From positions 24,738,001 through 24,802,000 of the forward strand of contig OZ024751.1 in the NCBI GenBank assembly GCA_964016885.1: a stretch of DNA of 64,000 nt, written 5' to 3'. Below, piece by piece: positions 41,891 through 55,517 of the stretch. How positions within the stretch are numbered: position 1 is the stretch's first letter; each line of letters starts with the position of its first letter. Below the pieces are notes generated by a model. That model did not search any database and was not told the origin of the DNA. It worked only from the letters and a program-made list of their open reading frames with translations. The DNA is from Eledone cirrhosa. Taxonomy: Eukaryota. A program made the translations under genes and the position numbers.

Positions 41891-42952
41891 TGTCCCATCC
41901 ACACCACCCCGTTCTATGTAAAGTTATGTTGGTGCCACACCATCCAGGCCGAAACAAATGAGATCGTGTAGGTGTCACGACAAAAAAACACACAGTCCAC
42001 GCTGTAATGTGGCCGTGTAGGCAACCCGGTAAAAACCTCCCAGCCCCACACTGTAAATGTGGTTGGTGTTAGGAAGGGCATCCAGCTGTAGAAAACCCGC
42101 CAGACAGTCCACGCTGTAATGTGGCCGTGTAGGCAACCCGGTAAAAACCTCCCAGCCCCACACTGTAAATGTGGTTGGTGTTAGGAAGGGCATCCAGCTG
42201 TAGAAAACCCGCCAGACAGTCCACGCTGTAATGTGGCCGTGTAGGCAACCCGGTAAAAACCTCCCAGCCCCACACTGTAAATGTGGTTGGTGTTAGGAAG
42301 GGCATCCAACTGTAGAAAACCTGCCAGACAGTCCTATGCGAGCAAGACAATCACTCTTGCCTCAAGTGGGACTACCCCCGTCCAAACCCATGCAAGCGTG
42401 GAACACGGACGTTAAACGTTGATGATGATGATATATATATATGTATGTATATATATGTATATATACATGTGTATACAATATATATATGTATATATATATA
42501 TGTATGTATATATATGTATATATACATGTGTATACAATATATATATGTATGTATGTATATATATGTATATATACATGTGTATACAATATATATATGTATG
42601 TATGTATATATATGTATATATACATGTGTATACAATATATATATGTATGTATGTATATATATGTATATATACATGTGTATACAATATATATATGTATGTA
42701 TGTATATATGTGTATATATACATGTGTATACAATATATATATGTATGTATGTATATATGTGTATATATACATGTGTATACAATATATATATGTATGTATG
42801 TATATATATGTATATATACATGTGTATACAATATATATATGTATGTATGTATATATGTATATATACATGTGTATACAATACATATATGTATGTATCATCA
42901 TCATCATCGTTTAACGTCCATTTTCCACACTAGCATGGAATGGATATGTATG

Positions 42953-42993
<41 letters not shown>

Positions 42994-44309
42994 GGTCGGG
43001 TAGTCGGCGACTAAATCACCCTCCCCACCAAGTAAACGTGATTTTGGACACCCTGACAAAGAGCGGAAGAACTCATAAGAGTCAATGACCATCCGAAAGT
43101 GTGTAAATATGTATATACACATGTACATATGTATGTATATGTGTATATACATGGGTGCATGTGTATGTATATGCGTGGAGACATGGAAATAGTCGGGCTG
43201 GACACCCGATCCTGCGGTTAAACCACTGGGAGTGAAGGACCCCTAGCCTATGTCAGGGCATTCTTCTGGGAGAAGGCAACTCAGGAAACTGGGATAACTC
43301 CGATATAAAACTCTCTCTCTTTCTCTCTCAAGCCACCTGACCCCTATCTACTACGTCCCTTCTCTCTTCCATTCATTCTTCATTCATCTCGAGTTTTTTC
43401 ACGAGATCAGACACACTTGATTATGAAAGGCTAAAATGAATCACTAGAACAAACTACTAAACCATATTCCATCCATCCATAGATTTCGGGTATCTCTTTT
43501 CCCCAATTGCAAATGTTCCGCTCACACTATTATTATTATTATTATTGTTCTTTATCGGAGGGCGGTGGATTGGCAGTATTGGTAGAGAGTCGGACACCAT
43601 GCTTTGAAGCATAGAGTTACGTCCCTTTATGATCTGAGTTCAAATCCCGCCGAGGTTAACTTTGCCTTTCATCCTTACGGGGTCGATAAAATAAAGTACC
43701 AGTAATGTACTGGGTAATTGCTGGCCTTGTGCCTAAAATAGAAACAATTATTGTTCTTTATCATTTCGCTGGCCTTCACAACACATATTTATTCTTTACC
43801 CCTGTTTTTCCCACATTGGCTATTATGACTCTCTATGGAAGTAATCTATCCCCCTTACCTCCCTTCCTCTCTCTCTTTTCGAGGTTCACGAAGGTAGCTG
43901 AACATCTTCGAAATCCTAACATAGTTACCTTGTCTAATAGACGTACTTGTATCGGATTATTTCACCCAAATCTCCTGAGATGCTATAAGCCATGATGTCT
44001 ACCTATCTCGCAATTTCCCTGCTGCCCACCCCGTCACACCACCATAGCCTATTCGACTAATCAAACCTCAGCAACATGCCCCCCCCCCCCATTACCAACC
44101 CCAACAAACTCTGCCATTACTACTACTATTACTACTACCTTTCTTCTCGCCCTTACCAGCCCCACCAAACCCTGCTATTATTACCACTAGTGCCCTTCTA
44201 GCCTTGATTCTCTTACCGTTATGTATGGATGAGCTGAGAATAAATGGAGCAACCCCGAATTAATTAATTAATTAATATAAATCCGCGAGTTACCAAGCAC
44301 CCATGCAAA

Positions 44310-44900
44310 GTTTTAATTCAGAGACAGGAAGCATACCCCCCACGCAAAAATTTACCCTTTCCCACGAATGTTGGCAAATGCCCAAAACTCCGAGTTAGTA
44401 CCATCAATGTAAGTACAATGAAAGGAAGAGCAGGAGAAATCGTAGAGATGCTAGAGCGAAAGGAAATTGATGTATGTTGTGTACAAGAGACTAGATGGAG
44501 AGGAGAGTCTGCTAGAGTCCTTGTAGGCAAAAGTCAATGCTACAAATTCTTCTGAGTGGGAAATGGCAATGGGATGGGTTGTGTAGGTATCCTACTAGTT
44601 GACAAATTGGTAGATAAGGTAATCTCTGTAAACAGGGTAAATGCAAGAATCATTAAACTCAGACTAGTCCTGAATAAAACAATTACCACAATAATATCAG
44701 CTTACGCACCCCAATCGGGGTTGCCAGACGAACTTAAGGATAGGTTTTACGAGTCCCTAATGCACACTACTGCCCTAACAAACCACAATGACTTCCTAAT
44801 CATTGCAGGAGATTTTAACGGACACGTAGGTAGACACCGTGACAGCTTCTATAGAGTTCATGGGGGCCACGGGTACAGGCCAAAGCTGAAGCATATAGAC
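44310..44900 (+). pseudogene. RTE LINE (second subfamily) AP-endonuclease, fused to the element's 3' tail; probable 5' UTR at 42990-43310
   Basis: TINVSTMKGR.GEIVEML..IDVCCVQETRWRG, GVGIL-like box, IISAYAPQ, IAGDFNGHVG; one in-frame stop. Confidence 0.88.
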
Positions 44901-45682
44901 AATATGTCCCCACCCCCTCCCACTGCAAAGTAGTCGCGGAGGTGCCACGGCAAAAAAGAACCCAGCCCACACTGTAAAGTGGACGTGTAGGCGCCACGGA
45001 AAAAAAGCACCCAGCACTCACTGTAAATGAGGTTGGTGTTAGGAAGGGCATCCAGCTGTAGAAATCAAGACAAAAATGTATATATATGTATATATACACA
45101 TCTTACTTGGACCTGTTCATTGATAGATTGTTTTTCCATTTTCCTTTTCCTTTTTCCCTTACATTCATTCTTTTTCATGTATGTACTACCTGTCTTTCCT
45201 CTTCCACCTTCTCCTCCCTTCTCTGTCCTAACTTCTACCGTGTCTCCCCCACCCCCTTTCTTTTTTCATCCTCTTATACACCTGTTACACTTACTGAAGA
45301 CAATCATTTACATAGTGGATTAACATCATGTAAGCTTAGCATTATTATTAGTTTCACCATGAATTTTTTGTATACTGCATATACACACAAATACACACGC
45401 ACACACACATATATATATACATATGTATGATAGCCTTGATACTCTGGAATTTCACCACCATAGCCTTAATAAATCAATATATATCTATATATATATATTG
45501 ATTTTAATGATGAAAAGTCAAAACAATACATATGTAGAATTAAAACTGGGTGTTTATTGAAAATTTTGAGTCTAAAGACTAAGGTCTGCTTTGTTTTTCA
45601 TGCCAGAAACTTTTTGTGTTGCTTAACGGTCGAAATTTGAAAAAGCATAATCTTTAGTTGAAGTCCTTCTAAAAGCTGTTAG

Positions 45683-45865
45683 AGGCTGAAGGAACAGACT
45701 ATAAATGTTCGGGTATATTAAGCTGGTAGATGCTGAAGGAACGGACAATAGATGTTAGGGTATATTAAGCTGGTAGATGCTGAAGGAACAGACAATAGAT
45801 GTTAGGGTATATTAAGCTGGTAGATGCTGAAGGAACAGACAATAGATGTTAGGGTATATTAAGCT
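45683..45865. repeat. 47-bp tandem repeat, 4 copies
   Basis: GCTGAAGGAAC at 45685, 45732, 45779 and 45826. Confidence 0.92.
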
Positions 45866-46105
45866 AATTGAAAGGTATAATTAAGGTAATTGAAAGCTAA
45901 AGACCATATATATTACTGAAAAGTTTTCAGTGTTGATTAAAGATTGAACAAGCCTTAGTTAAAACGAAATCCTAAGTAGATCTTTCCACCATTAATCAAT
46001 GCTAAGAGCTTTTCTGTTGTGTATATATATATAGTCTCTGCCATCATAATTTCATGTAAGAACCTTTGTCATGTTCCAAACAGCAGCTTAATAATGAGAA
46101 AGTTA

Positions 46106-46242
46106 CTGTATATACTTGAGTATAAGACGAGGAATATGTGACCCAAAAATCGATTGTAAAATGGGGTGGTAGACTTATATTCAGATCGGCTTATTTTCAG
46201 ATCGGCTTATATTCAGATGGACTTATATTTAAGTATCTACGG
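46106..46242. mobile_element. Tc1/mariner-superfamily (pogo-like) MITE
   Basis: TA|CTGTATATACTTGAGTATAAG ... CTTATATTTAAGTATCTACGG|TA inverted termini with TA flanks. Confidence 0.7.
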
Positions 46243-46877
46243 TAATTATATTACTGTGTATGGATCTGTATATCCTGGTAGAGTCGAAAGGGTGCTGTGT
46301 TGATGTACGACTTGTCTTGGGCATTTTTTTGGTAGAGTTCATTTTCTCCTCAAGTTTGTTCATGGCTGATTTCTCCCAGAGAAGGGGGAGCAAGGAAGTC
46401 ATAAAGAGATATAAAGGAAGAATCGACCCTGGTATGCACTGATACTCTATTGACCTTGAAACGATTAAAAGCAAAGTTGATCTTGGTAAGATTTGAACTC
46501 AGAGAATGGAGAGCTGGAACACATACCACAAAGCATTCTGTCTGATGTTCTAACAACTTTCTTCCAGTTATAATACTAAATCCCTTTAAATTATTGATTA
46601 TTTTCAAAATGATTTGAAAATCATAGACTGTATATCTCGTTAGAAAAATATTATTAAAAATGGTTAAACAAGTCCTCCCCAATTATTACAGCCTGTTGCT
46701 CTTACTACCACCACACCAGATGGCGTTGAAAGTTTGTGAAAAAACTTTAAAGCCCTGTCTACTTTCTTCTTAATGATTATAAAATTTAATTTTTGTAATA
46801 AATATTTAACCGTTTAGTTATCAACCCGGCCAAAACCAGCTCTGGTTCTATGAAATAAAATTTAATCCTTCAGCATT

Positions 46878-48290
46878 ACATCATCATCATTATCATCATT
46901 TTATGTCCGCTTTTCCCTGCTTGCAAGGGTGGGACGGGTCCTATTCAGCACAGCATCTCTCCACTTGTCACGGTCTTTTGTCATCTCCTCCGTGAGTTTC
47001 AGCGATCTGAGGTCTGCTCTCACCACCTCCGCCCATGTTTTTCGTGGTCTTCCTCTACTGTGTCTTCCTTCTACTGGCATTTCTTGGAACTTCTTTACCC
47101 AGCAGTCATCCTCCATGCGCATCACATGTCCATACCATTTCAGTCTTCTCTCCTGCACACTACAACTTATCTCTCTTATACACAGTTTCTTTCTCAACTC
47201 ATCTATGCTTGGTCATTCATGCACATTGACATTGCACATCCAACGGAGCATGCTTGCATTATATCCTCTGCAGTTGCTGCCCATGTCTCACTATCATGCA
47301 GCATCGCGCATCTCACACTGGCATTATATAACCGTCCTTTCATACGCAGGGAGAAACTCTTCTTTGTCAACAGAGGAAGCAGCTCCCTAAACTTCTTCCA
47401 ACCTGTCCTTATTCGAGATACTATGGCCTCGGGACACCACCCTCCCATGCTAATCTGATCACCTAGGTACTGGAAGCTATCAACCACTTCTATAGAACTG
47501 TACCCCAGTGTATCCATCCTGGAGCTGTCCAACATGTCCATTGAAGTCCCCTGCTAGCATAACGATGTCTCTGTCCTCTGTCATTGAGGCTGTTTGTAAA
47601 AGTTGTTCGTAAAAGCAGTCTTTCTCTTCTTTACCTAGGCCTGCCTGGGGAGCATAGGCAGAGATGATTGTCAGTAGTCTCTTGCCTACAACTAATCTAA
47701 GCTTAATTATTCTATTACTAACTCTAACTACCTCTATTGTCTTATCGATCCATCTCTCAGCCAGTAATATGCCCACCCCACCTAACCCATCATCATTACC
47801 CACCCAGAAAAGCTTATAAATAAGATGTTTGCCTGCGATTAGTCTTGCAGAGGCACCTCTCCATCTCACCTCTTGCATGCAGTACACATCCACATGCTTT
47901 CTCTCCAGCATCTCCACTATCTCACCAGATCTACCTGTTAGAGTGCCAACATTAAGTTGCAACTCTGAGATGCGACGTCTTCATATTCTTGTTCTAGTTC
48001 CTGTTGTGCGATTGCTTGATGACAGGGGGTGGGTGTGGGGGGTTCTCGCACATGACCTCACCAGCCACCCCACTACCGTGTGCAGCCCTAACATGGTTAG
48101 TGTTATTGCTGTTTACACAGTTGTTGCAAATTTCATTTGTTGTGCTCATAGTTTTTGGCAGTAGTATATATACTGGTTGGATGCCCTTCCTAACACCAGC
48201 ACCATTTTATAGCTTGGACTTGGTTCTTTTATTCGTGCCACCAGCACTAGAGAGGTCGTCTTACTGAACTCAGGGGCCCTATCCACCCCA
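46878..48290 (-). mobile_element. Internally deleted RTE LINE: 5' UTR + endonuclease joined at ~47500 to the C-terminus and tail
   Basis: LNVGTLTG..MQEVRWRG..GVGIL..SAYAPQ..AGDFNGHVG runs directly into IEVVDSFQYLGD..RRLKWYGHVMRM..(TGA)n; the RT domain is absent. Confidence 0.92.
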
Positions 48291-49775
48291 TTACATTGTT
48301 ACTATCTTAGTAATGAAATAATTAATACTTTTAGTAAATTAATACTTTTATCAAATTTTGAAAAGACAAAAACCAAATGTGTTACCAGGACTATTTTTGG
48401 TTCATTTCTAAACAACTAAAAAAAAATTGAAACAAATTATCGGCTGCACTTTGTATATTGAAAGTAGTTCACACACCCACTCATATCTCATATATATATA
48501 TATTAACTTTTCTGTATTGATTATAGTTTATCATTTAGTGTCACATCTGTTTGAAAACGCATGTATTCCTCCTAGCTTAGAGAGTGCTGACTGTGTAAAT
48601 ACGATGAGCTTGTGTGAGGAATAAGCTTAGCTTAAGCTTTTACTGATCATATATATAATGAAATACACTGCTTATTATTTCCAAAATCCTTTTTAAAATA
48701 ATCAAGAATTAAAAATCATTATGAAGCTGGTGTTTGCAGCATAACTTAAAAAAGGTTCTTGCACAAAATAATGAGAACTTCTTTTTAGATAAGAATAAAC
48801 AAAATGGTATGGCGGAACACGGGGGTGGTGGTAGATTGATATCAAAAGGGTATTTTTTATTGACACCTAAAAGGATGAGTGGCAAAGTTGCTTTCAGTCA
48901 AATTCGGGTGTTAAACTGGATATTGTATTAACCCAAGAAGGCCTTAATTCAACTTTTGCCTATCTAGCACCTTAGACTGGTACTTTATTTTATTGACCCC
49001 TCAAAGATTGAGTGTCAAAGTTGCCTTTGGTAAGATTTGGGTGTTAAACTGGACAATGGATTATGTCTACCACTGAAGCAGGCTACAATTCAACTTTTGT
49101 CGATCTATCACCCTAGACTGGGACTTTATTTTATCAGACCCCAAAAGATAAACTGTTAAAGTTGCCTTCGGTCGTATTTGGGTGTTAAACTGGGCGTCAG
49201 ATTAAGTCTACCATCCAAGCAGGTCATGATTCACTTTTTGTCTATCTAGGATTTCGGTTCTTTATTTTACCAAACAAGGAAAATAGGATGAAAAGCTATG
49301 TTGACCTAGGATTTGAACTTGCAGAGGAACTAATGCCTCAGGGAGTTTTGCCTGGCATTTTAACAACTCTGCCAATTCACTACCTAGTTGTTCCCGAGTA
49401 GCAGCGGCAGCAGCAGGGCTAATCTTAACTGTCGATCTCTAATTCCTTCAGTGGTTTCATAGTGTCATCTTCTTCTACCTTTAGGGTAACTCACTTTATA
49501 TGTTCACCACCATCACCACCAACAAAACCACCACCACCACTACCACTACTGCCACCACCACCACTATCACCAACACCATCTTTACTATTTTTTTTCCCTT
49601 TGTGAATGAAGTGTGTTAATGTCAGATTTTTCAGTAAAAGTTGGCAGTTCTGTTGTTATTCCTCATTTTGAAGGTCAGGTTTCTTCTAACTTGTTTTTAG
49701 ATGAAGTATTTTCCTTGAAATAATCCACTGATACGTCACTGTGTGTGTGTGTGTGTGCGTATATATATATATGTC

Positions 49776-50392
49776 GCATTGATAGACATATTTTTCAAAT
49801 GCAGGTGGATGCTATAGAAGTGGTTGATAGCTTCCGGTACCTAGGTGATCAGATTAGCATGGGAGAGGGTGTTCCGAGGCCATAGTATCTAGAATAAGGA
49901 TGGGTTGGAAGAAGTTTAGGGAGCTGCTTCCTCTGCTGACGAAAAAAGGTTTCTCCCTGTGTACGAAAGGCCGGTTATATGATGCCTGTGTGAGGTGCGT
50001 GATGCTGCATGGTAGTGAGACATGGGCAGCAACTGCAGAGGATATGCGACGGCTGGAGAGAAATAAGGCAAGCATGCTCCGTTGGATGTGTTGAGAGAGT
50101 AACTGTCTGAGAGGGATAAATTGTAGTGTGCGGGAGAGGAGACTGTGGTGGTATGGACATGTGAGGATGACCGATGGGTAAAGAAGGGCCAAGAAATGCC
50201 AGTTGAAGGAAGACGTAGTAGAGGAAGACCACAAAAAACATTGGCGGAGGTGGTGAGAGCAGACCTCAGATCACTGAAGCTCACGGTTGAGATGACGAAG
50301 GACCGTGACAAGTGGAGAGATGCCGTGCTTAATAGGACCCGTCCTACCCTTGCAAGCAGGGAAAAGCGGACGTAAAATGATGATGATGATGA
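49776..50392 (+). mobile_element. 5'-truncated RTE LINE
   Basis: GWKKFRELLPLL..LHGSETW..MLRWMC..GRPQKT..DRDKWR and a (TGA)n tail. Confidence 0.92.
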
Positions 50393-51595
50393 TATATGTA
50401 TATATATATACGGCACTAGTATTGGTGCTCTGAAATACATGAATATGTGTATAGTATATTTGACAATATACTGTGTGTTTAATTAAAAACATTTTGAACA
50501 CCATTCGCTATGAGTTTTAAAGTAGTGACTATGTCACTTATTCTCGGCAAAAAGAAAGAAGAGTGATCGACTAGGTAAATTTTATCTGGCTGTCCCTCGC
50601 GGAAGATAGTCTGTATCATTTGTCTATTATTTCTTCAGTTACATTTTAAACTTACAGCCTCGTTTAAATGATTATTTATGTGGTTAATTTCTACGGACTA
50701 GGGAGAGGAAATACTGTATATATTTTATCTAATAATTCTTCAAACTTGCAATTTTATATATAGCTCTGATTAATAATTATTTGCTTAATTAATTCTTCAT
50801 TGAGCCACACTCATATATTTATGTGTGACTATGTCTACTTATATACATATATCCCTATGAATGTTATATATACATATATATATATATAATGTGAAAGCGC
50901 GTGGCTGAGTGGTTAAGGAATTGGATTCGCAATCATGAGGTTGTGAGTTCGATTCTTGGACCGGGCGATGCGTTATGTCCTTGGGCAAGACACTTTATTT
51001 CACGTTGCTCCTTCTACCTGGAGTTGCGACCAATAAATAGTATTAGCAATTGGAAAGACCAACGGAAACATTGTTTCCTCAGTCCGATTTGACAAAAGTC
51101 AATCGAATGTATATATATATATATGGAGGCACATGGCTTAGTGGTTAGAGCATTGGCCTTGCAATCGAAAGGTTGTGAGTTCAATTCTCAGACCGGGTGA
51201 TGTGTTGTTTCCTTGAGCAAGACACTTTATTTTACATTGCTCCAGTTTACTCAGCTGTAGAAATGAGATGATAGGGACTGGGGTCCATATCATTCCACTG
51301 CAAAGTGGTCGTGGAGGTGCCACGGAAAAAAAACACCCAGCACTCACTGTAAATGAGGTTGGTGTTAGGAAGGGCATCCAGCTGTAGAAATCAAGCCAGC
51401 ATCAGTTCCCGTCCCACCCTTGCAAGCAGGGTAAAAGCGGACGTAAAATGAAATGATGATGATGAATGATGATAGATATTTGGCTCATATACATGCATGC
51501 ATACATACATACATACATACAGGGTGTCCCCAAATAATATATACACACTTTCATTAGAATACTGTTGACGTGTGTATATATTTTTTGGGACACCT

Positions 51596-51630
<35 letters not shown>

Positions 51631-52929
51631 TAACGTATTAATATTGTTTCTGTAATATATACTTTCCATTAAATAATTTCCAATTACACACACACATATA
51701 TATCATCATCAACGTTTAACGTCTATCTTCCACGCTAGCATGGGTTTATACGGGGATTGTTCCACTTGAGGCAAGATTGGTCTCTCTTGCTCGTATAGGA
51801 CTGCCTGACAGGTTTTCTACGGCTGGATGCCCTTTCTAACACCAACCACGTTTACAGTGTGGACTGGGAAGTTTTTTCCATGTTACCTACACGGCCACAT
51901 TACAGCGTGGACTGTGTGTTTTTTTTTTTGTCGTGAAACCTACACAACCTCATTTATTTAGGACTGGATGTTGTGGTACCAATATAACATTACAGAGAAA
52001 GGGGTATATATATTTATATATATACATATATATAGTCGGTCACTTGATAGTGTTTTGTGTATCCATTTAGTTGCCTAGTAACAGACACTGACTGTTGTGC
52101 TTGTAAGCTGCTGTATTCAGTGTACCAGGAAATACGCTTATGTAAGTGTAGAGCTGTGTGGCTTTTCCTATTTATAACTTGTTTTAGAACAGGAGTTTTT
52201 CTTCATATCGTTTTTTTTCAACATACATATATATAGGTATATATATACATACATACATGCATACATATGTACATACACATTTGCATACATATATACATAC
52301 ATACATACATAAACACACACATACATTTATATATACATACATACTCACACTCACATACATGCATAAATATATACATACACACATATATGCATACACACAT
52401 ACATATATATATATATACGCATACATATATATATATATACATACATGCATGTATGCATACATACATATACACACATACATATACACACATGCATACACAC
52501 ACACACATACATACCTACACATATACATACATTTTTTTCTTTTCTTTATTAAAAGGTACCGATATCTTAAATAAATAAAGCTCAGAAAAAAACAAACAAA
52601 CAAAAGCAACACTCATACATACATTCACGCAGAGACAGACAGACAGACACACACACACACACTCACGCAGAGACACACACACACACTCATGCAGAGACAC
52701 ACATACAGACATATTCATGCAGGCACATACACACTAACAAACACATGGTCTGCTTTATAACAGAAATATAAATTGCTAAGCATGTGAAATAAAGTCCACT
52801 ATGAAGTTCTGTGAGACAGAGGGCATAACATAAAGGTTGATACGTGGAAAGTAAATGTAGCCATTGTTAAGGTCACAGGTTATGACAAAAGAACTTTGAC
52901 AAATTGATTAAACAACTGATTAATTAATA

Positions 52930-54157
52930 TTAACCTTTTAATGCTCAAACCGGCCAAAACCAGCCAGAATTCTCTACCTCTTTCTGTTGAAACTGGCTGT
53001 AACTGGTCGCTCAAACTGATATTAAGGTACTGTTCTCAAAATAAATACTTTCAAAATCTCATAGATTCGATATTATGTGAGATAATTATGTGAGGTAAAG
53101 CCTTTACCATGAAAATATAATAGTATATATAGAGTAATGTAAATGTTATGCGAGATATTATGGGCAGTAAAGCCTTTACCATGAAAATATAATAGTATAT
53201 ATAGAGTAATGTGAATGTTATGTGAGATATTATGGGAAGTAAAGCCTTTACCATGAAAATATAATAGTAAATATAGAGTAATGTGAATGTTATGCGAGAT
53301 AATTATGTGAGGTAAAGCATTTACCATGAAAATATAATAGTATATATAGAGTAATGTGAATGTTATGCGAGATATTATGGGAAGTAAAGCCTTTACCATG
53401 AAAATATAATAGTATATATAGAGTAATGTGAATGTTATGCGAGATAATTATGTGAGGTAAAGCATTTACCATGAAAATATAATAGTATATATAGAGTAAT
53501 GTGAATGTTATGTGAGATATTATGGGAAGTAAAGCCTTTACCATGAAAATATAATAGTATATATAGAGTAATGTGAATGTTATGCGAGATAATTATGTGA
53601 GGTAAAGCATTTACCATGAAAATATAATAGTATATATAGAGTAATGTGAATGTTATGTGAGATATTATGGGAAGTAAAGCCTTTACCATGAAAATATAAT
53701 AGTATATATAGAGTAATGTAAATGTTATGCGAGATATTATGGGCAGTAAAGCCTTTACCATGAAAATATAATAGTATATATAGAGTAATGTGAATGTTAT
53801 GTGAGATATTATGGGAAGTAAAGCCTTTACCATGAAAATATAATAGAATATATAGAGTAATGTGAATGTTATGCGAGATAATTATGTGAGGTAAAGCATT
53901 TACCATGAAAATATAATAGTAAATATAGAGTAATGTGAATGTTATGTGAGATATTATGGGAAGTAAAGCCTTTACCATGAAAATATAATAGTATATATAG
54001 AGTAATGTGAATGTGATGTGAGATATTATGTGAGGTAAAGCCTTTACCATGAAAATACAATCGTATATATTGAGTAATGTGAATGTTATGTGAGGTAAAG
54101 CCTTTACCATGAAAATATAATAGTATATATAGAGTAATGTGAATGCTAAAGGGTTAA
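52930..54157. mobile_element. Family A MITE with an internal 72-73-bp unit amplified about 14-15 times
   Basis: Both TTAA termini are retained; unit GTAAAGCCTTTACCATGAAAATATAATAGTATATATAGAGTAATGTGAATGTTATG.GAGATA.TTATG at ~53075-54140. Confidence 0.93.
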
Positions 54158-55123
54158 TCAGTTGGGGTGGTAGAAAAATTTCTGCGATTCTCTCACATGT
54201 AAAAAGAGAGGTGTAGTTTGACTACCTCATACTACTTCTCTCTCTTCACACCTACTGCCTGCATGAATGTGTGTGTAAAAAGAAGGAACGGATTGGTAAA
54301 AAAACTGGTGTGTATGTGTTTGTGTGAATGTATGTGTGAGTACTTTAGCAAGTGTGTTCGCGTGTTTATATTTATATACTCATACATATAAATGTATACA
54401 TATGCACATAGACAAACGCACACACATATACACATACACGTCAGCCTATGGAAAAACTGAAATTACTCTTTAGTCTTGCCATTTACATGATAACTTCTCT
54501 TGATCGTATTCTCTGTTCTAAATATTATGTTGTGTCCTGTTATGTCAGAAGATAACTTAGCAGTTCAACAACTAAAGATTGATAAATGTTAAGTACTTGT
54601 GATAATAATGATGATGAACTTTACATTATATTGAAATTTGTTTGTTTTGCAAGGTTTTGTCGAAGGATAGAATATAAACGCAATAAACACATGATGAGCA
54701 CACACACCAAACAGAATACACACAAACACATGAGCACACACCAAACAGAATACACACAAACACATGAGCACCGGATATACGCACACAGAGACAACCCCAA
54801 ACAAAATGTTGAGGAAACACAGCGATAATCACTGAAGATGTCGCAGATATGTGTGACGAAAAAACTTTTGAGAAATCATATTTATATTTATAACTGTTGG
54901 TCAATTAATGATAAACATTAATTGCCAGCTAAATTATTTATAGAAATATAAAAATATACTGAAGCGAAAACCAAACCAAACTGAGTGTGTTTTACTATAT
55001 TTTTCTGGCAATATTAGAACCCTCCCCAAATATAAAAATATTTATCTTTTTTGTCTTTTTTTAAAAAATATTTAATTAGTTTTCATTATCTAATGATCAC
55101 TTTCTTTTTTGTGTATATTTCAG

Positions 55124-55517
55124 ACTCCAGACATCATATGTGATCAACTTCAGTTACATTACTTTGCATCCCATCAAGATGCCAATCTCCAAGACATCAT
55201 TGATTGCAGATTTTTTTAGTTTGAACAAAACATTTGAACCAGTTACACAGAATTTTGAGAATGAACTCAGGCACAGAAACACTACTTTGAGACAAAGCTC
55301 ACAAAAGCAACATGCAGGACGAGAGTTTCAGAAAACCTAAGCTACTATCTTGTTTGAATGTAATGTTGGGAGTATGGTTTAGTGAGAAACCCTCCCTAAT
55401 GATGATTGCTAGTTCACCTCTAAGACCGTTTTTCTCAGCCATTTGCTGTACCTCAATGTCCATTTCTATCTCTGCACTTGCTATCACCTTCAGCTTACCA
55501 AACCGGACTGTTACACT
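55124..55517 (+). promoter_or_regulatory. Putative spliced 5' UTR of the DUSP gene, containing multiple uORFs
   Basis: Branch-like CTAAT (55090), pyrimidine tract, TTTCAG acceptor ending at 55123; repeat-free sequence up to the ATG at 55518. Confidence 0.6.

Noticed and set aside
42990-43310. HDV-like ribozyme in the putative RTE 5' UTR
   Set aside because: I could not assemble P1/P2/P3 with a conserved L3 by eye.
51310-51345. Resemblance of CGTGG/CCACG plus A-rich linker to a pistol ribozyme P1
   Set aside because: There is no P2/P3 or cleavage-site strand; only a simple pseudoknot is supported.
54826-54875. Additional hammerhead-like strings (also 45290-45335 and 10575-10615 on the minus strand)
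   Set aside because: They have CTGAAGA but lack a proper GAAA box, helix I or helix III, so they cannot be told from chance or heavy decay.
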